Source of the DNA: Nitrospirota bacterium
Lineage (GTDB): Bacteria > Nitrospirota > UBA9217
Direction: 5' to 3'
DNA length: 64,000 nucleotides
NCBI GenBank assembly: GCA_963751455.1
Contig: CAVVUN010000015.1
Coordinates: forward strand, 1,216,001 to 1,280,000
Of the stretch, positions 1 to 9,986 are shown in pieces. Every line of letters begins with the position of its first letter. The stretch's first letter is position 1. The notes under the pieces are model-generated. The model ran no database searches. It was not told the DNA's origin and saw nothing but the letters and a program-made list of their open reading frames with translations. The position numbers were made by a program, and so were the translations under genes.

Positions 1-51
1 TCCTGAATCGTGCATCTTTTCTTCATGCATCGTGTATCAGAGGGTAAAGCC

Positions 52-1674
52 ATGAACGGCCGTATACAGGCAATATCGGGACCTACGGTGACCGTAGATC
101 TTAAAGGACTACAGTTGTACGAGCGCGTTTATGTAGGAAACGGGATGCTGACCGGAGAAGTAGTGCGGCTTGAGAAGGACAGGTCTGTCGTTCAGGTGTA
201 TGAGGATACACGAGGCCTTGCGAAGGGAGAACCTGTCAAGGGAGTAGGCATGCCGCTTACGGTGCGGCTCGGCCCCGGGCTTCTCGGGGGCATGTTCGAC
301 GGGCTGCAGCGTCCGCTCGAGCGGCTGAGAGAGGATATGGGGCCGTTCATCACCAGGGGAAGGGAGATATATGCGCTCGATTACATGAAGCGCTGGAAAT
401 TCTCGCCCCTGATGAAGGCAGGCGATCAGACAACAGCCGGTTCGATTATCGGCTTCGTTGACGAAGGCGCTTTCAAGCATTTCATCATGACGGGACATGA
501 CGAGGAGGGAACGATCTTGAGCATTGCAGAGGGTGAAATCAGCCTGAACGAGCCTCTCGGAGAGTATGCCGACGGGAAGGAGATTCCGGGTTGTCATGAA
601 TGGCCGGTGCGGCTGGCAAGGCCATACCGGAAAAAAATTGCTCCTGCGGAGCCGCTCATAACCGGTCAGCGGAGCATCGATTTCCTGTTTCCCCTTGTCA
701 GGGGCGGGACAGCAATCTTCCCCGGCGGATTCGGGACCGGAAAGACGATACTCGAGCAGTCAGTTGCAAAATTCGCGGATGTGGACATCGTGGTCTATGC
801 GGGATGCGGCGAGCGGGGAAACGAGATGGCTGATATGATAGCCGAGTTCGGGGACCTGAAGGACCCCTGGACCAGGCGGCCGCTCCGGGAGCGCACCATC
901 CTGGTGGTCAATACTTCGAACATGCCGGTAGCGGCAAGAGAAGCCTCCATCTATACCGCTGTCACGATGGCGGAATATTACCGCGATATGGGATATAACG
1001 TGCTTTTTCTTGCCGACAGTCTGTCGCGCTGGGCCGAAGCGCTCCGGGAGATATCGGCATCCCTCGAGGAAATGCCGGGAGAGGAGGGATATCCCACATA
1101 CCTGGCGTCGCGTCTTTCTTCTTTTCTGGAAAGGGCCGGCGTTGTCGAAACGATGAATGGGAGGATCGGTTCGCTCAGCATGATACTTTCCGTGTCGCCT
1201 CCGGGTGGTGATTTTACGGAACCCGTTACACAGGCATGTCTTCGGACAACCGGAGCGTTTCTCATGCTCGATACCTCTCTAGCCCACCGCAGACACTTCC
1301 CTGCCATAAACTGGTTCCAAAGCTACTCGCTGTACGCCGGTGAAGCGTCTGGATATTACCGTCAGAAGATCTCTCCGGAATGGGATGGTATGCTGAGGCG
1401 CTGCCGCGAGATCCTGCAGCAGGAGGAATCCCTCAGAGAAGTGGCGGAGATCGTGGGCGCCGAAGGACTGCAGGACAGGGATCGCCTGCTTATGCGCACT
1501 GCCGAAACGGTGCGAAATGATTTTTTGCAGCAGAATGCATACAGCGACGATGCTTTCTCACCGCCGGAAAAGACACTTGGCATTATCAAGCGCATCATGA
1601 GCAACCATGACCGTGCGGAGGAGAAGTTGAAAAAGGGGATGACACTGGAGGAGGCTGTGAAGATCGAGGGATAA
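52..1674 (+). CDS. ntpA: V/A-type ATP synthase subunit A
   Basis: Walker A GGFGTGKT, GCGERGNEM, NTSNMPVAAREAS and EMPGEEGYPTYL motifs; start moved to ATG 52, behind GAGGG. Confidence 0.95.
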   Translation: MNGRIQAISGPTVTVDLKGLQLYERVYVGNGMLTGEVVRLEKDRSVVQVYEDTRGLAKGEPVKGVGMPLTVRLGPGLLGGMFDGLQRPLERLREDMGPFITRGREIYALDYMKRWKFSPLMKAGDQTTAGSIIGFVDEGAFKHFIMTGHDEEGTILSIAEGEISLNEPLGEYADGKEIPGCHEWPVRLARPYRKKIAPAEPLITGQRSIDFLFPLVRGGTAIFPGGFGTGKTILEQSVAKFADVDIVVYAGCGERGNEMADMIAEFGDLKDPWTRRPLRERTILVVNTSNMPVAAREASIYTAVTMAEYYRDMGYNVLFLADSLSRWAEALREISASLEEMPGEEGYPTYLASRLSSFLERAGVVETMNGRIGSLSMILSVSPPGGDFTEPVTQACLRTTGAFLMLDTSLAHRRHFPAINWFQSYSLYAGEASGYYRQKISPEWDGMLRRCREILQQEESLREVAEIVGAEGLQDRDRLLMRTAETVRNDFLQQNAYSDDAFSPPEKTLGIIKRIMSNHDRAEEKLKKGMTLEEAVKIEG

Positions 1675-1688
1675 GAACCATGCTTCAT

Positions 1689-1761
1689 TTCAAATTGCAA
1701 AATGGAAAATCAGGAAATACGGCCTTCGGCCATACCAAATTTTCAGTTTTAAATTTTCAAT
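1689..1761. repeat. 7-nt-periodic imperfect inverted repeat between ATPase A and B
   Basis: TTTCAAATTGCAAAATGGAAAAT ... AAATTTTCAGTTTTAAATTTTCAAT around a small GGCCTTCGGCC hairpin. Confidence 0.5.
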
Positions 1762-1780
1762 GGCGGCCGGAGGCTGCATT

Positions 1781-3166
1781 ATGAGATTATCAGAGCATAT
1801 CTATCGTACGATTTCGTCGCTGGCAGGACCACTCCTGTTTGTCCAGGATGTGTTCAGCGCCCGAATAGGAGAGATCGTAACGGTCCATGTTGCCGACGGC
1901 AGGCACCTGGAGGCAGAGGTTCTGGAAATAGAGGGGGACACCGTGCTCGTGGAAGTGTACGGAGGAACGCAGGGTATAGAAATACAGCGAACAACCGTAT
2001 CCTTCTCCGATGCCATAAAAAAAGTGCCCCTGTCCGCAGATATCGTGGGACGGGTATTTAACGGCTCGTTCCAGCCGAAAGACGGCGCTCCCATGTTCAT
2101 CCCGGAGAAGTGGAAACCGATCATTGGCGCGCCTATAAACCCGGCTGCACGCGCCCGGCCCGAAGACTTCATCGAGACCGGCTTCTCTCCGATCGATGGC
2201 CTTAATACTCTGGTCCGGGGCCAGAAGCTGCCGGTGTTCTCTGCGGCCGGCCTGCCCTCAAAGGAAGTGGTAGCTTCGATCCTAAAGAACTCACGGCTCG
2301 CGCGAAATCCCTCCGGCGATTTGAACAAGAATGGAAACGGAGATCTAACAAAGAACAAAAGCGCAGCGGAGGGATATACCGTTGTGTTCGCAGCCCTGGG
2401 TCTTACCTTTTACGAATATTCTTTTTATATGAAAGTGCTTGAGGAGATGAGGACCGGCTTTGTCGCATTTGTGAATATGGCGGATGAACCGGTTATGGAG
2501 CGCCTGCTCGCGCCGCGGTTCGCACTGACGGTCGCGGAATACCTTGCCTTCGAAAAGGGCATGGACGTTCTCGTAATTATCACGGATATGACGAACTACT
2601 GCGACGCGCTCCGTGAAATATCAACAGCACGTGAGGAACTTCCCGGCAGACGCGGCTATCCCGGTTATATGTATTCGGACCTTGCGTCCCTGTACGAGCG
2701 GGCCGGAAGAATCCATGGGGTCCAGGGGTCCGTCACCATGCTTCCGGTTGTGACAATGCCGGAGGATGACATAACGCACCCGATCCCCGACCTTACGGGT
2801 TACATTACCGAAGGACAGATTGTACTTTCCCGCGAACTGCATCAGAAGGGCATCTTTCCGCCCATCGACGTTTTGCCGAGTCTTTCGCGTCTGATGCAGA
2901 AGGGCATCGGCGAAGGACATACCCGGGCGGACCACCGCATGGTATCAAACCACCTCTATAAATATTATGCCAAGGGCCGCGACCTCCGTCGGCTCGAAGC
3001 CATCGTGGGCAGGGACGGCATGACCAAGGCCGACATCGTGATGCTCGATTTTGCAGATGCGTTCGAAAAGGACTTTGTCGGGCAGGGCATGACGAGACGA
3101 ACAGTCCAGGAGACGCTCGATACGGGTCTGGAGCTTATGAAGAAGTTCTCGCTGGAACTGAAGTGA
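1781..3166 (+). CDS. ntpB: V/A-type ATP synthase subunit B
   Basis: GQKLPVFS, PGRRGYPGYMYSDLASLYERAG and DDITHPIPDLTGYITEGQ motifs; GGAGG before ATG 1781. Confidence 0.95.
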   Translation: MRLSEHIYRTISSLAGPLLFVQDVFSARIGEIVTVHVADGRHLEAEVLEIEGDTVLVEVYGGTQGIEIQRTTVSFSDAIKKVPLSADIVGRVFNGSFQPKDGAPMFIPEKWKPIIGAPINPAARARPEDFIETGFSPIDGLNTLVRGQKLPVFSAAGLPSKEVVASILKNSRLARNPSGDLNKNGNGDLTKNKSAAEGYTVVFAALGLTFYEYSFYMKVLEEMRTGFVAFVNMADEPVMERLLAPRFALTVAEYLAFEKGMDVLVIITDMTNYCDALREISTAREELPGRRGYPGYMYSDLASLYERAGRIHGVQGSVTMLPVVTMPEDDITHPIPDLTGYITEGQIVLSRELHQKGIFPPIDVLPSLSRLMQKGIGEGHTRADHRMVSNHLYKYYAKGRDLRRLEAIVGRDGMTKADIVMLDFADAFEKDFVGQGMTRRTVQETLDTGLELMKKFSLELK

Positions 3167-3175
3167 GTTAGAATT

Positions 3176-3301
3176 TTATCCGCAGATTACGCAGATTTCA
3201 CCGATTAAAAACCAGTCCCGATTTATGTTCTTTCTAAAAATCTGCGTAAATCTGCTTGTGCCCGCGTTTTGGCAACAGCAGGGTAAGAAATCTGCGGATA
3301 A
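3176..3301. repeat. 9-nt-periodic palindromic element (CGCAGATT family)
   Basis: TTATCCGCAGATTACGCAGATT ... AATCTGCGTAAATCTG[~35 nt insert]AAATCTGCGGATAA. Confidence 0.85.
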
Positions 3302-3319
3302 TCATTTAAGAAGGTTCCT

Positions 3320-4012
3320 ATGATTCACCCGACTCGCACAAACTTATTATTGCTCAAGGAAAAGGCCAGGTCGGTCGTAAACAGCATCGGCATCCTGAAA
3401 GCACGAAAGCAGGCGCTGATAAAGGAGTTTCTGGCAGCGACGCTGCCGTTTCTGAGATCCCGCGAGGACATACGCAACTCGTACGGCAAAGCACTTCGCG
3501 AGCTTGCGATATCACTCGGACACGAAGGGGTTGATGCCGTAGAGTCAATAGCGGTCGCCAGTGAAAGGGATTTCAAGATAAACGTGGTTGAGAGGAGCAT
3601 CTGGGGTCTTAAATACAAGGACATTCTTGTCCATGACGCGCCCGTGCGAGATCCGGATAAAAGAGGATATGATGAGTACGGTACATCGCCGCATCTTGAG
3701 GACGCATCGTTTCTTTTTGAAAAGCTGCTGGAATCCATGCTCCAGATTGCGAAGTATGAAAGCAAACTCAAACGGCTCGGTGACGAGATCACCCGCACAA
3801 CGAGAAGGATAAAGGTCCTGGAAGAGACCGTACTCCCCGGGATCAAATCACAAATAAAAACCATTGCACAGTATATCAGCGAGCGGGAACGGGAGTCGTT
3901 TTATCGGTTAAAGCGGGTCAAAAGCATTCTAACGACCAGGGAGAATAATCCGCACGCAAAACCGTCGGACTTTACGCTGCAAGCGCAGAAGCCCGAGCGA
4001 AATGCAGTATGA
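3320..4012 (+). CDS. ntpD: V/A-type ATP synthase subunit D
   Basis: PTRTNLLLLK N-terminus, TTRRIKVLE and ERERESFYRLK C-terminal motifs; follows subunits A and B. Confidence 0.92.
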   Translation: MIHPTRTNLLLLKEKARSVVNSIGILKARKQALIKEFLAATLPFLRSREDIRNSYGKALRELAISLGHEGVDAVESIAVASERDFKINVVERSIWGLKYKDILVHDAPVRDPDKRGYDEYGTSPHLEDASFLFEKLLESMLQIAKYESKLKRLGDEITRTTRRIKVLEETVLPGIKSQIKTIAQYISERERESFYRLKRVKSILTTRENNPHAKPSDFTLQAQKPERNAV

Positions 4013-4205
4013 GAGAACGCAGAAATAGCGATGAATACGAAAATTGTTTTAGGAGAAGCGTTACATCGAATAGATCAAAAACGAGTCCTTTTCCCAATTC
4101 TTTTGCGAGGAAATGGTAAAATCAAAGCAGGTCACACCGGACAATAAACTACAATGAGCCGGGGCAAATGGCCGCCACCAACCATCATTAGGTGAGGACT
4201 GCAAC

Positions 4206-5645
4206 ATGAAGAAGAAACCCGGTCCGGACTTTACCGTTGTAATTGCAGTTATGTTTTCGATTTTGCTGCATGGCTGCGGCCCGGACAGGATAGATGTTGT
4301 GTCGGCGCCTATGCTGCTCTCCATTGCGATCAGTCCCTCCGAGCCGAGTATGGCTCCGGGAACGACGCTGCAACTTCAGGCGCGGGGCACATTCTCCAAC
4401 ATCACGAGGAATCTGAGCCCGCAGGAACTAACGTGGACGTCCTCGGACACCAACGTCGCGACAGTGAACGATCAAGGTCTGGTTACAGCATCGTCGCTCG
4501 TAAGTTCCGGTTCTACGACAATTACGGCCGCTTCCGGAACAAATGCTGCTTCCACCCTGATTACGGTTTCCCCCCTCTCGACGGTTGCCGTTACCCCCAG
4601 CCAGCCGACGATCGCCCCGGGCACTACGCTGCAGCTTACGGCTACGGGCACGCTGCAGAATTCCGCAACGCAGAATATAACCGATGTCGTAACCTGGAGC
4701 TCATCGGATGCCGGCATTGCATCAGTGAACGATAACGGCCTGGTCTCCGCAACATCCGGTTCAACCGGCACGACCACGATATCGGCGGTTTTCGATACTG
4801 CTATGGGAACTACGGCAATCACGACGGCTGCAGTTACCGCTATCAGTGTAACCCCTGTTAACCCCGAACTGATCGCCGGTACCGCCCGGCAGTTTACCGC
4901 AACCGGCACTCTTTCCGGGAATGCGACACAGAATTTAACAAACTTCGCAGCATGGACCGCAGCTCCCGCAGGAATCATTACTGTGAACGGCAGCGGGTCG
5001 GTGACAGCGGCAGCTGAAGGCTTGGCGATTGTTACGGCGACATTTGGAGGGATATCCGGAGCAACGTCAGTGACCGTAACAGCTCCTGATCTTGTCTCGA
5101 TATCGATATCACCGACCGGCGTGACTATCGCCAGCGGCGCAACGCAACAGTTCACTGTCACCGGAACGTTTTCCGATGGGACCAGGCAGAATATAACGTC
5201 GAACGCTACATGGACTTCTTCCAATAGCCGGGTTGCGACGATAAGCAATTCGGCCGGGACGCAGGGACTGGCAACAGCTGCGGGTGCGGGCACGACGACG
5301 ATTACGGCCACGTTCTCCGGGATAACCTCCAACCAGGCAACAGTGACGGTGCCTGCCGGCGCTCCGGTGCTGTCGTCGATTACCATCACACCATCGAATC
5401 CTACGCTTGTCTTCGGATCGAATACGCTGATTCAATTTTCAGCGACGGGGGTATTTTCAGACGGTACGACAATCAACCTGACGGGGAGCTCGACCTGGAC
5501 TTCCTCGAACCCGGGGGTTGCAACCATATCGAATGCGCCGGTGTTCATCGGTCAAGCTACTGCAACCGGCGTGGGAACCGCTGCAATAACCGCGAGGTCC
5601 GGAAATATCACCGGCAGCACGACGCTGACCGTAAATTCTTTTTAG
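4206..5645 (+). CDS. Lipoprotein with five tandem bacterial Ig-like (Big_2, Lig-type) domains
   Basis: Lipobox LLHGC; repeats of the form SIxITP...QFTATGTFSDGT..NIT..ATWTSSN..VATI; T/A/S/G-rich. Confidence 0.85.
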   Translation: MKKKPGPDFTVVIAVMFSILLHGCGPDRIDVVSAPMLLSIAISPSEPSMAPGTTLQLQARGTFSNITRNLSPQELTWTSSDTNVATVNDQGLVTASSLVSSGSTTITAASGTNAASTLITVSPLSTVAVTPSQPTIAPGTTLQLTATGTLQNSATQNITDVVTWSSSDAGIASVNDNGLVSATSGSTGTTTISAVFDTAMGTTAITTAAVTAISVTPVNPELIAGTARQFTATGTLSGNATQNLTNFAAWTAAPAGIITVNGSGSVTAAAEGLAIVTATFGGISGATSVTVTAPDLVSISISPTGVTIASGATQQFTVTGTFSDGTRQNITSNATWTSSNSRVATISNSAGTQGLATAAGAGTTTITATFSGITSNQATVTVPAGAPVLSSITITPSNPTLVFGSNTLIQFSATGVFSDGTTINLTGSSTWTSSNPGVATISNAPVFIGQATATGVGTAAITARSGNITGSTTLTVNSF

Positions 5646-5675
5646 GCCGATCCTGATTTAAGGCTTTGCCCGGCG

Positions 5676-6080
5676 GTGAGCATTATAATGCAAGAGCATG
5701 AAATGAAGGCCGTGCTGATAGAGTACATGGCCAGGGGATTTCTCAACAATATAATAGGGTTATTCAAACAGGACAAGCGGCTCTACCGGTTTATTCCCGA
5801 CATGCTGGGAGAGAAGAATTTCAGGGTGAGGCTCGGTACGGTCGCCCTCGTAGAAGAACTGGTATCGGAACACCGGAACGAACTCAAGGCCGCGGTCCCC
5901 GGTTTGATCGCGCTTTTAAACCACCCGAACCCGACGATCCGGGGGGATGCCGCATCGGTACTCGGCACAATAGGAGACCAGTCAGCCAGGGAGGCATTGA
6001 GCGCAAGTTTACTTGACACTTATCCGGTGGTGTGTGAAGCGGCAAGGGACGCTTTACTGAAGATAAAGAAGGATGTTTGA
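5676..6080 (+). CDS. HEAT-repeat protein
   Basis: VPGLIALLNHPNPTIRGDAASVLGTIGD and VCEAARDAL HEAT/PBS-lyase-like repeats; start uncertain (5688 possible). Confidence 0.75.
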   Translation: MSIIMQEHEMKAVLIEYMARGFLNNIIGLFKQDKRLYRFIPDMLGEKNFRVRLGTVALVEELVSEHRNELKAAVPGLIALLNHPNPTIRGDAASVLGTIGDQSAREALSASLLDTYPVVCEAARDALLKIKKDV

Positions 6081-6089
6081 AAGGGGAAC

Positions 6090-6131
6090 GAGCACAAAAG
6101 GCGCGCCCGGAGGGGCGCGCCTTTTGTGCTC
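6090..6131. terminator. Bidirectional intrinsic terminator
   Basis: Perfect 19-bp stem GAGCACAAAAGGCGCGCCC-ggag-GGGCGCGCCTTTTGTGCTC between convergent genes. Confidence 0.85.
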
Positions 6132-6140
6132 AGAACCGGA

Positions 6141-7325
6141 TTACCACCCGATGTTCAGGGTAAGCAGTTGACGTTTGTCCTCGTCCTGGCCGGCGTAGGC
6201 GCCGACTTCTTCGGTATACATTGCGTACGAGAACGTTAAGAAGAGCAGCCTCAAGTCAGCGCCGAAAGTCGGATTTCCCTGATACATCCCGGCGCGCAGC
6301 GCCATTTCGATCGGCAGCTTGTCGAAGAGCTGAAGTTCGGCTCCGTACCGGATCCGTTTCGCTACATCCTTGTCCTGGGTGAAATTATTCGTTATATCGA
6401 TATAGTCCGCGGCTACGGTCAACGACCTGAACCAGGTGATCTCCGGATTGACTGCAATGCCCGCGTTAACGGTCATCGGGAGGAGGCCAGCCTCCTGGAA
6501 GTCAAGATCTCCGATATTGAGCGCTGAAACGCCCAGAGAAGGCCTCCACCAGGAATCGGGTGCGAGATTCCAGACGAGACCCGCATCGAATCCGACCCCC
6601 TTGCCGTTTTTCTTGAGGTCATCCATGACGTAGTCGTCAAGATTGTCCTGATGCTCCACCAGTTCCCGGGCGGTAAATTTATGAATAATAGAATCCCTCG
6701 TCAACACTTTTGCCCCGATGCCCAGAAATAAATTCTCGGTCATCCCCATGCTGAAGCCCAGGATCCCGCCGTAGGTTACATCGGAGTTCAGTTCCAGGAA
6801 ACCGTCGGAGCTGAAGCCCTGGTGAGCCACTGCGTCAAACCGTGCGCTTCCCAGTCCGCCGATGCCGAACGCAAACCTGTCCCAGCTTCTTCCCATCGCA
6901 GTAAAATCCGCGACCCGGATATGCAGGTTTTCCCCGCGATATTGCGCGAGCACGTCATTGACCGCCCGCTGTTCGTCATCGTCAGAGCTGCCGTCTCCGT
7001 TCACGTCGCCGACATCCATGGATTTGTCCAGATCATCGAAGAAATCGAGAGAATTCTTGCCCGCTTCTGCCGTGACATTTATAAGGTTCACGTCCCAGCC
7101 CTTGTCCTTTGGGATGCCGCTCAAACCGGCCGGGTTATAGAAAAGGGAGTCCACTCTTCCCCCAACCGCGGTATAGGCGCCCCCCATGCCCATTGCCCTG
7201 GGCGATTTATAGAGATAGGGGTATTCCTGCGATGTCGGGCCCTGCGCCGTGGAAATCGACGGGAGCAGACAGAACGCGGCTAAAAGAAAAAATCCGTATA
7301 AAAATGTTGTCTTTCTATAAGACAT
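6141..7325 (-). CDS. Outer-membrane beta-barrel, TraF_2/PorV/FadL-like family
   Basis: Signal peptide, SPRAMGMGGAYTAV..DSLFYNPAGL motif, amphipathic strands, terminal W; GGAGGA before ATG 7325. Confidence 0.75.
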   Translation of the reverse strand: MSYRKTTFLYGFFLLAAFCLLPSISTAQGPTSQEYPYLYKSPRAMGMGGAYTAVGGRVDSLFYNPAGLSGIPKDKGWDVNLINVTAEAGKNSLDFFDDLDKSMDVGDVNGDGSSDDDEQRAVNDVLAQYRGENLHIRVADFTAMGRSWDRFAFGIGGLGSARFDAVAHQGFSSDGFLELNSDVTYGGILGFSMGMTENLFLGIGAKVLTRDSIIHKFTARELVEHQDNLDDYVMDDLKKNGKGVGFDAGLVWNLAPDSWWRPSLGVSALNIGDLDFQEAGLLPMTVNAGIAVNPEITWFRSLTVAADYIDITNNFTQDKDVAKRIRYGAELQLFDKLPIEMALRAGMYQGNPTFGADLRLLFLTFSYAMYTEEVGAYAGQDEDKRQLLTLNIGW

Positions 7326-7347
7326 GTCCGTATCCTCCGGTAAGATC

Positions 7348-8466
7348 TTAGTGTAAGTTATTTTGTATGTAGTTTGAGATGTCGGTTGATGAACAGTACG
7401 TGGTAGCACCGGACAGACAAGATGCCGGACAAGCCCCCGGGCATACACTGGAGCAAGGCGAGGTGCAGGCGTCTTTCTGAATATCGGTTATTGATGTTTT
7501 CACGTCTGAATTGGTGGCGGTGACGGCGGAGCTCATAGAACTGACCGCGCTGTAGATGCTGGCGTCTATTGAAGTTGTCAGATCGAGATTGGCTCCGAGG
7601 ACCGGGCACGGCCATTGCTGCCCGTCCGAACCGCTGCACAGGCCGGTTGTCGTAGCAGCGAACCATTTGTTCGTAGCGGCGTCTTTGTACAGGAGCCTTT
7701 TATACTGCGTAGCTCCGACAGGAATGCAGCCGGTGGTCACGGGGCTCGTGCCTGTAGCCATCGAGATGGTCAACCCGCTGTAGGTCCCGGTGACCGGGCT
7801 GCCCGCAGAGTCGGTGAGGGTAATGGCAGCGGGCGTGAGCGGGGAATAGGAGGCGGCCTTGCAGGCGATTGTCCCCGTCGGGCTGCTGTTTATGTTCACG
7901 GATGCTATTAGCTCGCAGGCAGTTGCGTCTGCTTCATCAGGAACGTTATTCCCGTTGTTGTCGCAAGTCTTGTTCAGGGTTCCGTCAGCATTTACAATAT
8001 TCGGAATGACGATCTTGATAAGGGAGAGGCTTTTTACCGCATCGACGATGCTCAAGTAAAACCTGGCGTCCAGATAACCGCTCTCTTCCGGCAGAACTTT
8101 GTCGTATCCCTCAGATCTTGCGTTATCCAGATACGTCAACGTAGTGCCTGTCACATTCCCGGTAAGAGACGTCATGTAGATGTTGAGATCGGTTTTTTGG
8201 GTCGATGACGACGAAGAAGATCCGTTGGCGTCAACGAACCTGTTCAGCACGTTCGTTATGTCATAGCCGGCCTTGCCGAACCATGCCGCCCCTATCTGCA
8301 TCTCTTCCGCGCAGGTTGATGCCAGAACCGCGTCGTAATTACCCTTGTCAAGATCCATTGTTGTTTGGTGAAGACATGCTTCCGGCGTGTTCTTGTCGCC
8401 GCTGCAACCGGCCAGGACCAGCACCGATATGGCGGATGTAACTACGAGCATGACCAACTTCCTCAT
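7348..8466 (-). CDS. Hypothetical lipoprotein with Cys-rich C-terminus
   Basis: Lipobox LAGC; CTSPCSSVCPGACPASC tail; GGAGGA RBS; likely co-transcribed with the barrel gene. Confidence 0.75.
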   Translation of the reverse strand: MRKLVMLVVTSAISVLVLAGCSGDKNTPEACLHQTTMDLDKGNYDAVLASTCAEEMQIGAAWFGKAGYDITNVLNRFVDANGSSSSSSTQKTDLNIYMTSLTGNVTGTTLTYLDNARSEGYDKVLPEESGYLDARFYLSIVDAVKSLSLIKIVIPNIVNADGTLNKTCDNNGNNVPDEADATACELIASVNINSSPTGTIACKAASYSPLTPAAITLTDSAGSPVTGTYSGLTISMATGTSPVTTGCIPVGATQYKRLLYKDAATNKWFAATTTGLCSGSDGQQWPCPVLGANLDLTTSIDASIYSAVSSMSSAVTATNSDVKTSITDIQKDACTSPCSSVCPGACPASCLSGATTYCSSTDISNYIQNNLH

Positions 8467-8596
8467 AAGTCCTCCTTGAGCTGAGACCATTTGTTCAAAG
8501 TAATGGGAAAAACCGATATAACTTAAGTAGTATTATGATACTCGCAGATGATATTTTTTGTCAAGTCTAAAAATAAAAAAATTGAAATACCTGAAA

Positions 8597-8800
8597 TTAA
8601 TGGGAAGAAGGAAAAGCGGTATGCCGGAAGAAGTCGGCAATGAGAACGCCAAACAGGAACAGCGTGCCTGTTATGCCGATAGCCGTAAAGAGGAAATAAG
8701 CCATTTTTTTCAGAAAAGAGTAGTCTGTCTTCCTGATTGAGCGGAAATAGACCAGGAAACTGAAGCCCAGGCCGACGAGGAAGGAGAACGTTTCTATCAT
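8597..8800 (-). CDS. Small membrane protein (2 TM)
   Basis: 67-aa ORF with two hydrophobic segments. Confidence 0.45.
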   Translation of the reverse strand: MIETFSFLVGLGFSFLVYFRSIRKTDYSFLKKMAYFLFTAIGITGTLFLFGVLIADFFRHTAFPSSH

Positions 8801-9003
8801 AGGGCCATGATATACTGCAGGCTGAGTGCTGTCAATCCCCGCTGTTCAGGAGCGCACCAATCCCTTCCTATGCAATACCCCCCCCGGACGTGTCCTGCCG
8901 TGTTCGCTGATTGCCGGTTCTATCAGGTTTTTTTATTTGACAGCGCTCGGGCTCTCAATTAATATCGATGCAAGTTGCGAAACTGCAAGAAGAGGCATTT
9001 TTC

Positions 9004-9387
9004 ATGATTACGCTTGTTGTTATCCTGGTTGTGCTGATTGCTGCTGCGGTGCTGGTTACTGTATTTGGCGGCCCCGCTGATTCCGGACAAAAAGACGCAG
9101 CGGACAACGGAGAATGGGAATACGGGGACGTCTGGAAAGAAGGGTCCGGTGATTTAAAGCCCAATCAGGACGTCGAATATATGGAGATTCTGCGCGGCGA
9201 CACCGGGAGCGGCTTTGACGATTCATATATGATGGACCTGATAGGGTATCTTGGATCGAGGGGGGTTCGCGCTACGTACGATTCTTACTCCGTCGCCCTG
9301 GAAGCGGGCGCCATTAAGACCTATGTGCTCAAGGTAGAAGCCGGAAAAGAAAATGAAGCAATCGGTTATTTGAAGGAAAAACGGTAA
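9004..9387 (+). CDS. Hypothetical membrane-anchored protein
   Basis: N-terminal TM helix followed by an acidic soluble domain; GAGG upstream. Confidence 0.65.
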   Translation: MITLVVILVVLIAAAVLVTVFGGPADSGQKDAADNGEWEYGDVWKEGSGDLKPNQDVEYMEILRGDTGSGFDDSYMMDLIGYLGSRGVRATYDSYSVALEAGAIKTYVLKVEAGKENEAIGYLKEKR

Positions 9388-9421
9388 CTCCTCAGGCTCA
9401 AAACAGGACACAAAATCATCT

Positions 9422-9511
9422 TCTCGCAAAGCCGCAAAGAAAGGCAGGTTTGGTTTAAAGTCAAAATCCTTTAAAGATTGACTTCTTTGCGCCCTTGGCG
9501 CCTTTGCGAGA
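9422..9511. repeat. 9-nt-periodic palindromic element (CGCAAAG variant)
   Basis: TCTCGCAAAGCCGCAAAG ... CTTTGCGCCCTTGGCGCCTTTGCGAGA. Confidence 0.75.
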
Positions 9512-9543
9512 GACGCCCTGCTTTTCAGTGTGAGAGAATCTAT

Positions 9544-9675
9544 GATTAACTCGTAAAAAGTCGTCATTCCCGCTTGTCGGGAATCGTATCGCCACGCAAC
9601 ACACTGAAAAAGAAGGATTCCGGACAAGCCGGAATGACGGTTATTCGATGATTTTTGACTTTTTACGAAACCATC
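9544..9675. mobile_element. MITE-like element with 7-bp target-site duplication and GTCATTCC-type cargo
   Basis: Ends GATTAACTCGTAAAAAGTC / GACTTTTTACGAAACCATC; AATCTAT on both sides (9537-9543, 9676-9682); internal GTCATTCCCGCTTGTCGGGAATC...GATTCCGGACAAGCCGGAATGAC. Confidence 0.8.
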
Positions 9676-9724
9676 AATCTATAAGTCATTGAAAATAAGA
9701 AAACAGGATATTAATTTAGTTATT

Positions 9725-9888
9725 CCTAAAAACGGCATTTGAACACGGATGAACACGGAAACAGCGGATCAAAACAATGTGATAGAGCAAAAAGCCATCT
9801 CGCCTTTTGGGTGAATCCATTACTGTTCGTAACTTCCTATAAATCCGTGTTGATCAGATTTTATCCGTGTCCAACTGCTTTTTTCAGG
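9725..9888. mobile_element. 164-bp MITE-like element, copy 1
   Basis: Identical to 10567-10730; imperfect terminal IR CCTAAAAACGGCATTTGAACACGGAT / ATCCGTGTCCAACTGCTTTTTTCAGG. Confidence 0.85.
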
Positions 9889-9986
9889 GTTATCAGTGTT
9901 ATCCGTGTTAATCAGCGGCGAAAACGAGTTGTTTTGATCCCGGCTTGTCCGGGAAGCAGTGAATAATTCTATAGAAGGAGCGATAC

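Noticed and set aside
6141-7325. Conjugative element suggested by the TraF-like family
   Set aside because: No other T4SS, relaxase or oriT features; the family name only reflects a barrel fold.
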